A stretch of 64,000 nucleotides of DNA from a virus (taxonomy: Duplodnaviria > Caudoviricetes): IMG/VR virus record IMGVR_UViG_3300032116_022045; one strand, given 5' to 3'. Shown here piece after piece: positions 48,405-58,352 of the stretch (position 1 is its first letter; every line of letters begins with the position of its first letter). The notes beneath the pieces are model-generated. The model made no database searches, was not told where the DNA came from, and was given only the letters and a program-made list of their open reading frames with translations. The translations under genes were made by a program, and so were the position numbers.

Positions 48405-48817
48405 TTAAAACCAATATATTCAAAACTACCGCATAAACGTTTATTATCGGCATAGTGGTTATTATACACTTTTGTGTGAGTGATATCTACACGAATTTTA
48501 CGATGTTTACTAGTAGTTTTCCATAATAGAGAATTTTCTCTATAGTATATCATTTTAGGATGACTTGTTCTTGAAAAATATCTATGCCCTTGTTCAATGT
48601 GTATTTGACCTATAGCGTCAGAAAATCTAACACCTATACCTAATCCTTGGTATTGTGGTAATACGACTGTCCTATGGCCTCTCCAAGCGTTTTTAAGGTA
48701 TCCATTAGGTAAAGTTAGTGTAGCACCAAATGCAACTATATTATCTTCCCAAACACCTATATAACATCTTGAAGCTTTGTTTAAATCACCACTTAAATAA
48801 TGATGGTCTTTAAACAT
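48401..48817 (-). CDS. GNAT acetyltransferase, probably the C-terminal part of a -1 fusion with the ABC ATPase
   Basis: HRTVVLPQYQGLGIG; frame open upstream to the T9 run. Confidence 0.8.
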   Translation of the reverse strand: MFKDHHYLSGDLNKASRCYIGVWEDNIVAFGATLTLPNGYLKNAWRGHRTVVLPQYQGLGIGVRFSDAIGQIHIEQGHRYFSRTSHPKMIYYRENSLLWKTTSKHRKIRVDITHTKVYNNHYADNKRLCGSFEYIGFN

Positions 48818-49473
48818 ATCCCAAGCTCTATAGGTTGTGCTGTATATTTGTAATTTAATTTCTGGTCGGGCAAAAAAAAACCGTCTAAAAATTCACCAGT
48901 ATCTGTATTAATAACCCAATCTGGTTGTAACCAATCAATAATATCAAAATGACATGTTGATATTACTACATTAGTTATATCACTATTGTTTATATATCTA
49001 TTTAAAGCCACACTAGCTGCTTTAGCTACGTTTCTATCAACAACGCTAGTGTATTCATCAATAACAGTATTTGATTTAAGTTTTCTTGCTAAATCAGCTC
49101 TAAACTTTTCACCATTTGATAAAACATTATATGGTTTATACCAACTTGGTATTGTATTTAAACCAACAGACATAAGTTTATTTATTGCTTCATCTGGGTT
49201 TTCAAAATGTGATATTATTGCTTTTTCGTTATTCCATTCTGGTATTTCTTCTGAACCAAAATGTTTAAGTAATGTGCTTTTGCCTGTACCTGAACCACCA
49301 ACAATAACACCAATTTTAAAATTATCTGGTATTATTGGTTTTTCCCATGGATAAAATTTAGATGTACCATCAAATATACAATCAAATGATTTTTCACTTG
49401 CTAAAATAAATTCATCTATAGTAACAGTTGATATTAATGGTGTTAATGATTTATTTAATTTTGTAACAATCAT
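48793..49473 (-). CDS. soluble ABC-type ATPase
   Basis: GGSGTGKST; LSNGEKFRADLAR; IDEYTSVVDR; STCH. Confidence 0.88.
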   Translation of the reverse strand: MIVTKLNKSLTPLISTVTIDEFILASEKSFDCIFDGTSKFYPWEKPIIPDNFKIGVIVGGSGTGKSTLLKHFGSEEIPEWNNEKAIISHFENPDEAINKLMSVGLNTIPSWYKPYNVLSNGEKFRADLARKLKSNTVIDEYTSVVDRNVAKAASVALNRYINNSDITNVVISTCHFDIIDWLQPDWVINTDTGEFLDGFFLPDQKLNYKYTAQPIELGICLKTIII

Positions 49474-49512
49474 ATTATTTAATATAATTGTTATAAAATT
49501 ATTTGTAAATGT

Positions 49513-50373
49513 TTAAGATTTAGCTAAATTGAATTTTTTCTTTAATGTTATAACAACAGGTATTAAAATATCATGAACAATTTTAATTATGTCAGTAGCG
49601 ACAAAAGCATAACCAACAAATTCAATACCAGTACCGAAACCAATTAATTTTTCTATTATAAACTTAATGTTGTCATTACTAATAAGTGATTGTAAATTTG
49701 TTGATAGATTATTAAGCATGGTTTCAATACCCTTAATGTTTTTTATTTGCTCTATTAACTTATCTACAGTTAAGTCAAATATCTTAGTTAGTATTTTATC
49801 TGATATCCAAGTTAGGGCAACAGCAAAAAAAAGTTTTGAAATAAAACCAAACCAACCAACATTTTTATTTATTTTTGAAAAAAAATTATTGACTTTATTT
49901 AAAATATTTGTAAAAACTTCTTGAAAATCAAAATTATTAATTACCGTTTTTACTTTAGTTAAAATTTTATTAACACCATCTTTAATAAATTTTAATTTAT
50001 CATTTATTCTATCATCAACTTTTTTTATTGCTTCCTCCATCAAAGATGGTTCTAAAATTAAATTCTTAAAAAAAATTGCTAAATCTTTTGTGTCCTTTAT
50101 AGTATCAATAAACGTTAAATAAACTTGTTTTGCTTTTTGAACAGTTTTACCAACAAAAGATTCAATAGATTTTAATAAATCTTCAATTATTAATTGTCTT
50201 TCTATAATTAACTTATTATATGTTCTATTATTATTTTCATATAATAAAACATCAATACCTAAAACAGTTTTAATATAAGAATCATCTTTGATTAATTTCA
50301 AAGATGATTCCGATAGTTTTTGTTTTTCATTAATTATATACAACTCTTCTGTTAAGAGTTTTTTAATAACCAT
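49513..50373 (-). CDS. hypothetical protein (LTE/INE N-terminus, amphipathic C-terminus)
   Basis: 286-aa ORF. Confidence 0.65.
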   Translation of the reverse strand: MVIKKLLTEELYIINEKQKLSESSLKLIKDDSYIKTVLGIDVLLYENNNRTYNKLIIERQLIIEDLLKSIESFVGKTVQKAKQVYLTFIDTIKDTKDLAIFFKNLILEPSLMEEAIKKVDDRINDKLKFIKDGVNKILTKVKTVINNFDFQEVFTNILNKVNNFFSKINKNVGWFGFISKLFFAVALTWISDKILTKIFDLTVDKLIEQIKNIKGIETMLNNLSTNLQSLISNDNIKFIIEKLIGFGTGIEFVGYAFVATDIIKIVHDILIPVVITLKKKFNLAKS

Positions 50374-50417
50374 ATTTTTTGTTAGATAATATTATTAAAA
50401 ATTTTAATTTAAGTAGT

Positions 50418-50750
50418 TTATGCAGTAGGAGTATTTCTGTTAATTGCTGTTGTAATCTTTGTCTTAAGTTTCATAAACGTTTCATCAGTAAGTCCAATTT
50501 GAGACATAATATAACCTATTGCTTTAGCTTTTTTAGTGTCATCTAACATTGCGATTTGTTCTATAAATGGTTCTGCCTTATTTAAAAACGCTTGCCCACC
50601 TAAGTCAGATGTTGATATACCTTTTGCCTTATCAAGGCCTGTATTAGCAGTTTGTGTACCTGCATTAACACTAGGTTGAGCATTTTCTTTAATCAGTCTA
50701 TCAATTAGATTAACTAATTCACTTTCTTTAATTTTTACAACTTTTTTCAT
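50418..50750 (-). CDS. hypothetical late protein with head-targeting-like N-terminus
   Basis: MKKVVKIKESELVNLIDRLIKE; late motif at 50783. Confidence 0.65.
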   Translation of the reverse strand: MKKVVKIKESELVNLIDRLIKENAQPSVNAGTQTANTGLDKAKGISTSDLGGQAFLNKAEPFIEQIAMLDDTKKAKAIGYIMSQIGLTDETFMKLKTKITTAINRNTPTA

Positions 50751-50807
50751 ATTTTTTTTGTTTTAATTTTATTATTATAACAATAAATATATTAAAGAAA
50801 AAAAAAG

Positions 50808-51314
50808 TTATATTATTTTATCTGCACAACTTGAGCTAGCTATTGCATCTGGTTTAATTTTAAAATTATAACCCATTCCTAATATATAACCAACAGATTG
50901 CTGTAATGCTTTATTCGATTCAAACATTGGATTTGGATTAATATCTGCATGTATTTCTAATTTAACTTCATACAAATCTAATAATGTTGATAAATGATAA
51001 GCAACTTCTATTGATTTAGAAACTTCAAAAACCATTCTTTCATTTATTATTTCTTTATCAGATGCTTTAAATTCATGGTTATATGTAGCATAAACCATCA
51101 TACCACCACGACCAACATTAATCCCACCTAGTTCTTCATAAGTTGTTATTAATATAACCGTTGCAAATTTATATTTAAATGGAGATATCTTTTGTGAATC
51201 AGTACCTATTGAAACTTTAAACTTATGATTTTTATTTAAAATATCATCAAAAAGGTTTTCAAGATAATCAACAATTGATTCTTTAATTTCTATGTTATTT
51301 CTAAACCATTTCAT
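50808..51314 (-). CDS. YkuK-family RNase H-like protein
   Basis: SIGTDSQ; EVSKSIEVA; LEIHADIN; ASSCAD. Confidence 0.82.
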   Translation of the reverse strand: MKWFRNNIEIKESIVDYLENLFDDILNKNHKFKVSIGTDSQKISPFKYKFATVILITTYEELGGINVGRGGMMVYATYNHEFKASDKEIINERMVFEVSKSIEVAYHLSTLLDLYEVKLEIHADINPNPMFESNKALQQSVGYILGMGYNFKIKPDAIASSSCADKII

Positions 51315-51324
51315 TAAACCAAAT

Positions 51325-51630
51325 TTAAATCAAAAATTTTGAAAATAAATCGTTTTCAGAATATTCAATTAACTTATCTTTTAATTGCCAAATAAATGTA
51401 TCTACGTTTTCTTCTTCCCTATCAATAAAATCAATTAAAATATCATTTATATTTTCATTTAACTGTAATCTATTGTTTAACTCACTAAGATACTTTCTAT
51501 TGTGTTTTAACATTAAATTTTTTATTATTATTGAATACGTTTCATGTCTTTCTTGCTGGTATTCTTCTTGATGATTTAAAAAAGAAAATTTGTCTTCTCT
51601 TTCACTTTTAAACAGATAATCATTAGCCAT
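51325..51630 (-). CDS. hypothetical protein
   Basis: 101 aa; late motif at 51650. Confidence 0.65.
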   Translation of the reverse strand: MANDYLFKSEREDKFSFLNHQEEYQQERHETYSIIIKNLMLKHNRKYLSELNNRLQLNENINDILIDFIDREEENVDTFIWQLKDKLIEYSENDLFSKFLI

Positions 51631-51734
51631 AGTAATTACTTAGTTTATTATAAATATTATTCTAAACTAAGTTAAAACTAATGTTATATGAATTTTATTT
51701 CAGTGATTTTGATTATCAAGCGAATAAATTAATT

Positions 51735-52082
51735 TTAATTAAAATTTTTTATTTTGTCATATAACCTATCAAGTTCATTAGTTTTGTTATCTATTTTCTC
51801 GATAAAAAACAAAATAGCTTCATTAGAAATATTATCATCCGTTATTAAATATAAAAACTCTTTTAATAATAAATCATTATTTAATTTTACTTTTAACTCG
51901 ATAACAACTTGATTATAAGTTGCCCAAATTTTTTTATCTAAAATAAAATCTGAAGATAATTTTTCAGTTAATTTTTCCTCATATATTTTTTCTAAATATG
52001 AAGAAAATTCACCATAATTATCATTTAAAACAGCCTTTATTTTATTTTTAATATCCATCGTCTCATCAACAATAAATATCAA
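51735..52082 (-). CDS. hypothetical protein
   Basis: 115-aa ORF in operon. Confidence 0.6.
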   Translation of the reverse strand: MIFIVDETMDIKNKIKAVLNDNYGEFSSYLEKIYEEKLTEKLSSDFILDKKIWATYNQVVIELKVKLNNDLLLKEFLYLITDDNISNEAILFFIEKIDNKTNELDRLYDKIKNFN

Positions 52083-52097
52083 AAAAAATGTGGTTAA

Positions 52098-52427
52098 TTA
52101 ACTTAAATAATAATTAATTTTATCAATTAAGAAGCTCTCTGGTTTAAAGCCAGTTACAGATTCAACAACCTCTTTATTTTTTATAAAAAGTATTGTTGGA
52201 ATGCCTCTAACACTATATTGTACCGCTGTCTTAGAATCTTCATCAACATTTATCTTACAAATAAATACCTTTTCATTATCCTTAAAAACTTCTGATACCT
52301 TATCTAAAACAGGACTAATCATTTTACATGGACCACACCATGGTGCAAAAAAATCTAATACAATTAAATCTTTTTCTTTAAAAATCTCATCAAATTGAGA
52401 ATCACTAATTATTGTTGTCATATACAT
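52098..52427 (-). CDS. trxA: thioredoxin
   Basis: DFFAPWCGPCK; VRGIPT. Confidence 0.95.
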   Translation of the reverse strand: MYMTTIISDSQFDEIFKEKDLIVLDFFAPWCGPCKMISPVLDKVSEVFKDNEKVFICKINVDEDSKTAVQYSVRGIPTILFIKNKEVVESVTGFKPESFLIDKINYYLS

Positions 52428-52448
52428 TTTTTTATGTTATAATAAATA

Positions 52449-52835
52449 TTATTCTTTATTCAAATCTTTCAAAACATCCGAAATTAATTTATCAAATTTA
52501 ACAACAGTGTCATAATCAAAACCTCTTGTGTTTGATAAACTACGTAAATCATTAAGGTCAATCATTGTGTTTTTGTTTTTTGATTTAGGTTCCTTATTTT
52601 GAATAACAATCGGACCACTAGGCTTCTTAATAACTTCACCACTTAATTTCTCATATAATTCTTTAATACCTATATCAAAACCACCACTTTTTAAACCTTT
52701 TAATTTTAAAAATATCTTTTGGTCTGATGTTAATGTTATCTGTATTTCTCTATCACCAATTAAAACACTCGTTTCACGTGTTACGTCTTTATCTAAACTT
52801 GTTGCCATTTTTTTATCTTTTAAACAAAAATACAT
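52449..52835 (-). CDS. hypothetical protein (likely start ATG 52808)
   Basis: Follows the promoter at 52825-52856. Confidence 0.65.
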   Translation of the reverse strand: MYFCLKDKKMATSLDKDVTRETSVLIGDREIQITLTSDQKIFLKLKGLKSGGFDIGIKELYEKLSGEVIKKPSGPIVIQNKEPKSKNKNTMIDLNDLRSLSNTRGFDYDTVVKFDKLISDVLKDLNKE

Positions 52836-52856
52836 AAATTATTTCAATAAAACAAA
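52825..52856 (-). promoter_or_regulatory. Bacteroidota-type sigma70 promoter
   Basis: TTTG-N20-TATTTTTG. Confidence 0.7.
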
Positions 52857-52880
52857 ATATTTATAATAAAATTAAAATTT

Positions 52881-54443
52881 ATGAAATTTTTACTTGATAT
52901 AATAAAAGAAACTGTAAATAAAACTACTAATATAGATGAATTTGAATCATTAGTTAATGAAATTAATTCAGAATTTAGTAAAAACATTAAAATACCTAAA
53001 GATGTCTTAACAAGCTTTAAACTTAAAAAGAAATTTAATGATGATATATGGGAAAAAGATAATATAAAAGAAAATATTAGACTTAAATTACTGAAAATAG
53101 CTAAAGACTTTATTAAAGACTTAGAATTGCAAAGCGATGTTAAAATAATTGATGTGCTATTTACAGGGTCTCTAGCAAATTTTAATTGGTCCAAATTTTC
53201 AGATATTGATTTACATGTAGTCATAGATTTTAAAAAAGTTAATACTGATGAAAAAATAGTTAAAAAATTATTTGATGCTAAAAAAAATCTATGGAATAAA
53301 GAACATGATATAACTGTTTTTGATTACCCAATAGAAATATATATACAAGATAAAAACGAAAGTTTAGCAGCAACAGCTGTATTCTCTTTACTTAAAAATA
53401 AATGGTTAAAAAAACCAACAAGAGAAGATTTTAAAATACCTAAAAAACCATTACAAGATAAAGTAAATATCTTTATAGAAAAATTAAAAGACATTAATAA
53501 TGAATATAAAGATAAAAATTATCAAACAGTAATAGATAAAGCAGATACATTAAAAAATAAAATTAGAAGAATGAGAAAAGCTGGTTTAGATGAAACTGGT
53601 GAATATTCATTAGAAAATATAGTTTTTAAAGTTTTAAGAAGAACTAATTTTATTGAAGAATTAAATAACCTTAAATCTAAAGCATATGATAACTTAATGA
53701 CAATTAATGAAGTTAAAGAATTACCATATGACCCAAGACCAGAAATGAGATTACACTCACAAAAAAGATTAAGTGATTACGCTAATAAAGATTTATCTAA
53801 AAGAATAAAAGAAAAAATAACTAAAGCTAAAATAAACGCTAAAAATAGTGGTGATGAACTATATTTCAATAACCCAGAAGATGGTAATGGATTCTATCAA
53901 GTAGAATTTAAATTTGATGGTAAGATAACAACAAAACACATTAGAGCTAGTGGTGATATGGAACAAAGAGATATTAACTTCCAACCAACAGATGTTGGAA
54001 CAACAAAACAATTCCAAAATATAGCTTTATATTGTTTTGTTAAAGCAGGTAAAGAAGTTAATGACAAATATAGTTATCTTACTAGCCCAGCTGAAGATGC
54101 CGCAAATAAAGCTATGATAATATTTGAAGACGATATCCTATTATTTTATGGCGAAGATAGATATGTAGATGATTTAGCACCAAAAATATCCGCTGAAAAA
54201 ATGACAGATAAAGAAGCACTAAAAAAACAACGTAAAGACTTAGAAATAGAACTTGGTAGAAGATTAAAACCATCCGAATGGGAAGAATTTAAAGTTACTG
54301 GACAAAAGCCAGAAAAAGAATTTAAACCACTTATCTATAATAAAGAAAAATTAAATAGAGATGAACTATCAGCTAAAATTGGTAGACAAGTAACACCAAA
54401 AGAATTTGATGAATATAAAAAATATGGTCAATTACCTAAATAG
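52881..54443 (+). CDS. Pol-beta-superfamily nucleotidyltransferase with a C-terminal extension
   Basis: FTGSLANFNWSKFSDIDLHVV and PIEIYIQD (GS...DxD...E triad). Confidence 0.78.
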   Translation: MKFLLDIIKETVNKTTNIDEFESLVNEINSEFSKNIKIPKDVLTSFKLKKKFNDDIWEKDNIKENIRLKLLKIAKDFIKDLELQSDVKIIDVLFTGSLANFNWSKFSDIDLHVVIDFKKVNTDEKIVKKLFDAKKNLWNKEHDITVFDYPIEIYIQDKNESLAATAVFSLLKNKWLKKPTREDFKIPKKPLQDKVNIFIEKLKDINNEYKDKNYQTVIDKADTLKNKIRRMRKAGLDETGEYSLENIVFKVLRRTNFIEELNNLKSKAYDNLMTINEVKELPYDPRPEMRLHSQKRLSDYANKDLSKRIKEKITKAKINAKNSGDELYFNNPEDGNGFYQVEFKFDGKITTKHIRASGDMEQRDINFQPTDVGTTKQFQNIALYCFVKAGKEVNDKYSYLTSPAEDAANKAMIIFEDDILLFYGEDRYVDDLAPKISAEKMTDKEALKKQRKDLEIELGRRLKPSEWEEFKVTGQKPEKEFKPLIYNKEKLNRDELSAKIGRQVTPKEFDEYKKYGQLPK

Positions 54444-54699
54444 TCGCTAATACACCTTTAGTAAAATATATTATCTCTATCTTTGAAGATATATTAATTA
54501 TATCATTTAATATCTTATCTTTAGATATATTATGATTATATGAGTAATATATTATCCTCTTTAATACACTAACTGCTGATTTGATATTATTAGAATATAT
54601 TAAATCAACATAACTTTTAATGTTATTATTATAATCTTCTTCACTAAAAGGTTTTTCTACAAAAAAATCTTCCCAAAAATAGTTTTTTTCAACATCCAT
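54436..54699 (-). CDS. hypothetical protein
   Basis: 87-aa ORF. Confidence 0.55.
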   Translation of the reverse strand: MDVEKNYFWEDFFVEKPFSEEDYNNNIKSYVDLIYSNNIKSAVSVLKRIIYYSYNHNISKDKILNDIINISSKIEIIYFTKGVLATI

Positions 54700-54701
54700 G
54701 T

Positions 54702-55922
54702 TTAAAATAATCCCTCAAAAATTGATTCAAAAGCGTTTTCTACATTATTTAAAATGTTTTTATCATCTTTTTTATGTTCTTTATTAAATTCTGATAACTT
54801 TTTAGTTACCTCATCCGTTAACTCTTTAGGTGATTGAGCATTAAAACGACCTTTAAATTGAACCATATATAAGTCATTACCATAATAACTTAATTCTAAC
54901 GTATGACCTTCTATATGGTAGATACCTGAGTGACCATCATTAACTTTATTTATATAGGTACCAACACAATGTTTCATAATCATACCCTCTTGTAATAATT
55001 CTAAATTTGTAGTCAATAAACGATATCCACTATATTCACTAAATTGAGTGAAAATTTTATTAACATTTAACTTTTGCTCTTTCTCAGATGATAATAAAAT
55101 ATTACTGATTTCTTTAGACCATTGGTTGTGTTCATTAATTAATCTCTTTTCACTCCATTTACAATTTACTTTACGACCTAATATCTTAGCCATATTACAT
55201 GTGTCACTAAAATATTCATTGTCTAAAAATTCTTTAGTTAAACTAGTTATGTTTTCTAAATATCTTAATCTATCTTTAATAAACGTAAAACCAGAATTAC
55301 CATAAGAATTTAACTTAAAAAATTCACTGCTTATTAACTGATTAATAACAGGTAGTGGATATTTAAAATAATGTTTCTTAATATCAGTTAATGTATATAA
55401 AGAATTATTTTTAATCGTGTTAAAACTTAAATTTTGCGTCCATGTGTTCTCACCTAATGTCCTAATCCATGGATACTTTTCAATTAATTTATTTAAAATA
55501 ACCCCATTATTGGAAAATTGTTTAAGAAATGTATAGGTTAAATTACGATAAACATTAATGTTGTTATAATAAAACTTACCATTCTTGTACCCAATTGATG
55601 ATGTTTTAGTCTCTCTAAAATACATTTTGTTTGTTACCGAGATACCACATTTAACCCTAAAAAAAGCATATTCAAAATTACCACACTCAAACTCAAAATA
55701 AACTAATCTATTCTTATAGAATTCTGATGGAGTATTGAAATATTTTACCCTAGCCTTATGTTTGTCTTCATTATATAAATCAACTAACTGGTTAACTTTA
55801 AACGAATTAAACTCATCTAAAACCTCAAATTTAACACATTTGGTTTGTTTTTGACCAACCTTGGTTGTGCTAGTTTCCTTTGGATTGACAGTTTCTTTTA
55901 GTTTTTTTGATTTCTTATCCAT
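54702..55922 (-). CDS. PcfJ-domain protein
   Basis: LLQEGMIMKHCVGTY...TLEL...VQFKGRFN. Confidence 0.75.
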   Translation of the reverse strand: MDKKSKKLKETVNPKETSTTKVGQKQTKCVKFEVLDEFNSFKVNQLVDLYNEDKHKARVKYFNTPSEFYKNRLVYFEFECGNFEYAFFRVKCGISVTNKMYFRETKTSSIGYKNGKFYYNNINVYRNLTYTFLKQFSNNGVILNKLIEKYPWIRTLGENTWTQNLSFNTIKNNSLYTLTDIKKHYFKYPLPVINQLISSEFFKLNSYGNSGFTFIKDRLRYLENITSLTKEFLDNEYFSDTCNMAKILGRKVNCKWSEKRLINEHNQWSKEISNILLSSEKEQKLNVNKIFTQFSEYSGYRLLTTNLELLQEGMIMKHCVGTYINKVNDGHSGIYHIEGHTLELSYYGNDLYMVQFKGRFNAQSPKELTDEVTKKLSEFNKEHKKDDKNILNNVENAFESIFEGLF

Positions 55923-55945
55923 ACGTTATTTTATAATCTATAATA

Positions 55946-55976
55946 CAAAGTTACTACAAAAACATGAATTAACAAA
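55946..55976 (-). promoter_or_regulatory. Bacteroidota-type sigma70 promoter
   Basis: TTTG-N19-TAACTTTG. Confidence 0.7.
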
Positions 55977-55982
55977 AAAAAA

Positions 55983-56435
55983 TTAAACGTTAGAGTAATA
56001 ATTTATATACGACATTAAACATTCATACTTTAAATTATTCCATTTGTCTTTATTTATTCTTATGCCCAACTCATTACCTAATTGATACCCAAAATCCCAA
56101 GCCTTGAACTCTTCTTCAACACATGATACCAAATAATTAATTGTTTTTTTCATTTTTTTATCGTTATAATACTCAACATCAGCCAAATAAGGTAAATTCT
56201 CAGTGAAAATATCCCAATTCGCCCTTAACTTACAATGACCTAACTCATGTAATAACAAATATACTTTAATTTCGTAACTTTTACCACTCTCAATCATTAT
56301 TTTATTAGGCTTACCAATGTCATCAAATTTTATATATGAAAAATCGTTATAGTTAATATCTATTTTTTTAACCCCATTGTCTTTCGCATATGTGATTAAC
56401 TTATGTAACGCACCTTTATAACTATATCTTCCCAT
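55983..56435 (-). CDS. HExxH metallopeptidase-like protein
   Basis: LLHELGHC...EEEFKAWDFG. Confidence 0.7.
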   Translation of the reverse strand: MGRYSYKGALHKLITYAKDNGVKKIDINYNDFSYIKFDDIGKPNKIMIESGKSYEIKVYLLLHELGHCKLRANWDIFTENLPYLADVEYYNDKKMKKTINYLVSCVEEEFKAWDFGYQLGNELGIRINKDKWNNLKYECLMSYINYYSNV

Positions 56436-56457
56436 ATAGTTATAAATATCAAAATAT

Positions 56458-56838
56458 TTAAAATTTGTATATTATTGATATCGTATTAATATACCTTCTA
56501 TTGTTAAACCCACTAATAAAAAAACGATTCGTTAAACTTAATCTATTGCTAAAATAAACTTTAAACCGAATATCATATGAAGCAATATCATATATGTTGC
56601 CAATTAAAATATCATTTATAACATTATTATTAATCCTCGTACTAGCAGTCAATTTTAAAAATTCTGATGGTTTCCACATTAAACTTCTATTACCCCTATT
56701 ACCAATAACATTGTATTTTAAATTAATTTTTTTGTGATTTAATCTATGATAAAAATAATAATCTTTACCTTGGTGTTTCCACTGACCAAAAACTAAATTA
56801 ATTAAAATAAAAACTATAATACAAATTTTATTAAACAT
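56458..56838 (-). CDS. hypothetical protein, possible N-terminal signal peptide
   Basis: MFNKICIIVFILINLVFG. Confidence 0.55.
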   Translation of the reverse strand: MFNKICIIVFILINLVFGQWKHQGKDYYFYHRLNHKKINLKYNVIGNRGNRSLMWKPSEFLKLTASTRINNNVINDILIGNIYDIASYDIRFKVYFSNRLSLTNRFFISGFNNRRYINTISIIYKF

Positions 56839-56896
56839 TATTTACATCTTTTTATTTTAAAATTATATTTATTTTAAAATAAATATAATTTTAAAT

Positions 56897-57298
56897 ATGA
56901 ATATTAACGAAACAATTAAAAAAGCAACAAGTAAATCAGATTTCACAAATATGATTTCTAAAATTAAACATTCTCAATTACAAGCACAAACTTTTCATAG
57001 ACAAACTAAATTATTCCCAGAACATATCGCTTTAGGTGAATATTATGAAACTATTGTAGATATTACTGATGAATTAGTAGAAACTTATCAAGGTAAAAAC
57101 GGTATCTTAACAAATTATGAATCCTATGAACTTGAAAATTACGAAAATTCTCAACAAGTTATTAAATATTTTGAAGAATTAGTGTCAATTGTTTCTAAAC
57201 TTAGAAAAAATATTACAGAATCGTATATACAAAATCAAATAGATAATGTTGAACAACTAATTTATAAAACACTCTATAAATTAAAATATCTTAAATAA
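56897..57298 (+). CDS. ferritin-like four-helix protein (DUF5856-like)
   Basis: FHRQT...EHIALGEYYE...DELVETYQGKNG...LYKLKYL. Confidence 0.75.
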   Translation: MNINETIKKATSKSDFTNMISKIKHSQLQAQTFHRQTKLFPEHIALGEYYETIVDITDELVETYQGKNGILTNYESYELENYENSQQVIKYFEELVSIVSKLRKNITESYIQNQIDNVEQLIYKTLYKLKYLK

Positions 57299-57319
57299 TT
57301 AATTTAATTATATTACCTT

Positions 57320-57658
57320 TTATTTATTGGTATTATGTTTTATAATTAATTCACCAAGAACCTCTAAACGACCAACCTCACGCTGAAAGTCAGTTTGACT
57401 CATATCAAAACCTATTTTATCATAAGTCTCCTTAAACTCTTTCTTAGCCTTATCGATATCAAATTTACCTTCAGAAGCTTTCTTATAATATGGTAACTTA
57501 ACCTTGAAATGATGCCATGTTAATAATGAATAACCACCCTTCTCCTTCGCTGTGTTTGCTATCTTCTCAGCACCACCCTCCCTAGTATTAGCAAAATCCT
57601 TAAATGACTCGCTATCATCAAATGTCTCCCTTAATATTTTTTTTATGTCTATTGTCAT
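57320..57658 (-). CDS. hypothetical late protein
   Basis: MTIDIKKILRE; late motif at 57663. Confidence 0.65.
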   Translation of the reverse strand: MTIDIKKILRETFDDSESFKDFANTREGGAEKIANTAKEKGGYSLLTWHHFKVKLPYYKKASEGKFDIDKAKKEFKETYDKIGFDMSQTDFQREVGRLEVLGELIIKHNTNK

Positions 57659-57738
57659 ATATATAAATATTGGGTTTAATACAAAAAAATAGTATCTTTG
57701 AAATTCAAATAAATATTTATCTAATATACTTTATACAT

Positions 57739-57981
57739 ATGAGAAAAAATACCTTAATACATGGTAAACAAAAAATAAATTATAAAAGAACTAAAGATGA
57801 CTATGGTGATGATATATTATTGGTAAATCACTATACTAAAAAATATATATTAGATAATAATATAGAAGGTTTAACTGAAATTAATTTCACACACCCAGAT
57901 AAAAATGTTGACCCAGATGAATATAATTGGGTTCTATCAATAAAAATAGATAAAGTAGTAGAAAAATTAAAAAATATTTGA
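57739..57981 (+). CDS. hypothetical protein (start likely ATG 57739)
   Basis: Late motif upstream at about 57713. Confidence 0.55.
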   Translation: MRKNTLIHGKQKINYKRTKDDYGDDILLVNHYTKKYILDNNIEGLTEINFTHPDKNVDPDEYNWVLSIKIDKVVEKLKNI

Positions 57982-58008
57982 CTTCTTATAATAAACTTAG
58001 TATATTTG
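57977..58008 (+). promoter_or_regulatory. Bacteroidota-type sigma70 promoter for tRNA-Pro
   Basis: TTTG-N20-TATATTTG, 6 nt before the tRNA. Confidence 0.8.
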
Positions 58009-58014
58009 TATTAT

Positions 58015-58087
58015 AAGGTAGTAGTTCAGTTGGTAGAATGCTAGTTTTGGGAACTAGTGGTCGCAAGTTCGAGCCTTGCTTACCTTA
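58015..58087 (+). tRNA. tRNA-Pro(TGG)
   Basis: AAGGTAG/TTACCTT acceptor; CTAGT-TTTGGGA-ACTAG; GCAAG-TTCGAGC-CTTGC; no encoded CCA. Confidence 0.9.
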
Positions 58088-58208
58088 CTTTTGAATTAAA
58101 AAATGGATTCAGCAAATTTTAAAAAATTACATTGGACGTAAAAAAAACCATTTTGTTTCAAAAAAAAAAAAATAACTTTTTAATAAAGATAACATATTTA
58201 TTTGTAAA

Positions 58209-58292
58209 ATGAAAAACTATTCTAACATATTTGACTTCGCATTTTTTGCTGGTGAGGAAGATTTAAACCTCATAATGGTCAAGTTTTGTTAA
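58209..58292 (+). CDS. 27-aa Phe-rich leader peptide (putative)
   Basis: MKNYSNIFDFAFFAGEEDLNLIMVKFC overlaps the antiterminator strand. Confidence 0.55.
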   Translation: MKNYSNIFDFAFFAGEEDLNLIMVKFC

Positions 58293-58349
58293 TTTTTATT
58301 AAATAATCATATAAAAAACCTTGACCATTAAAAAGTCAAGGTTTTTTTA
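58273..58349 (+). promoter_or_regulatory. attenuator-like antiterminator/terminator
   Basis: TAATGGTCAAG (58273-83) pairs with CTTGACCATTA (58320-30); the alternative is AAAAAACCTTGAC/GTCAAGGTTTTTT plus a T-tract. Confidence 0.7.
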
Positions 58350-58352
58350 TTT

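Noticed and set aside
48793-49473. ABC membrane transporter
   Set aside because: No permease nearby; the context points to an ATPase-GNAT enzyme
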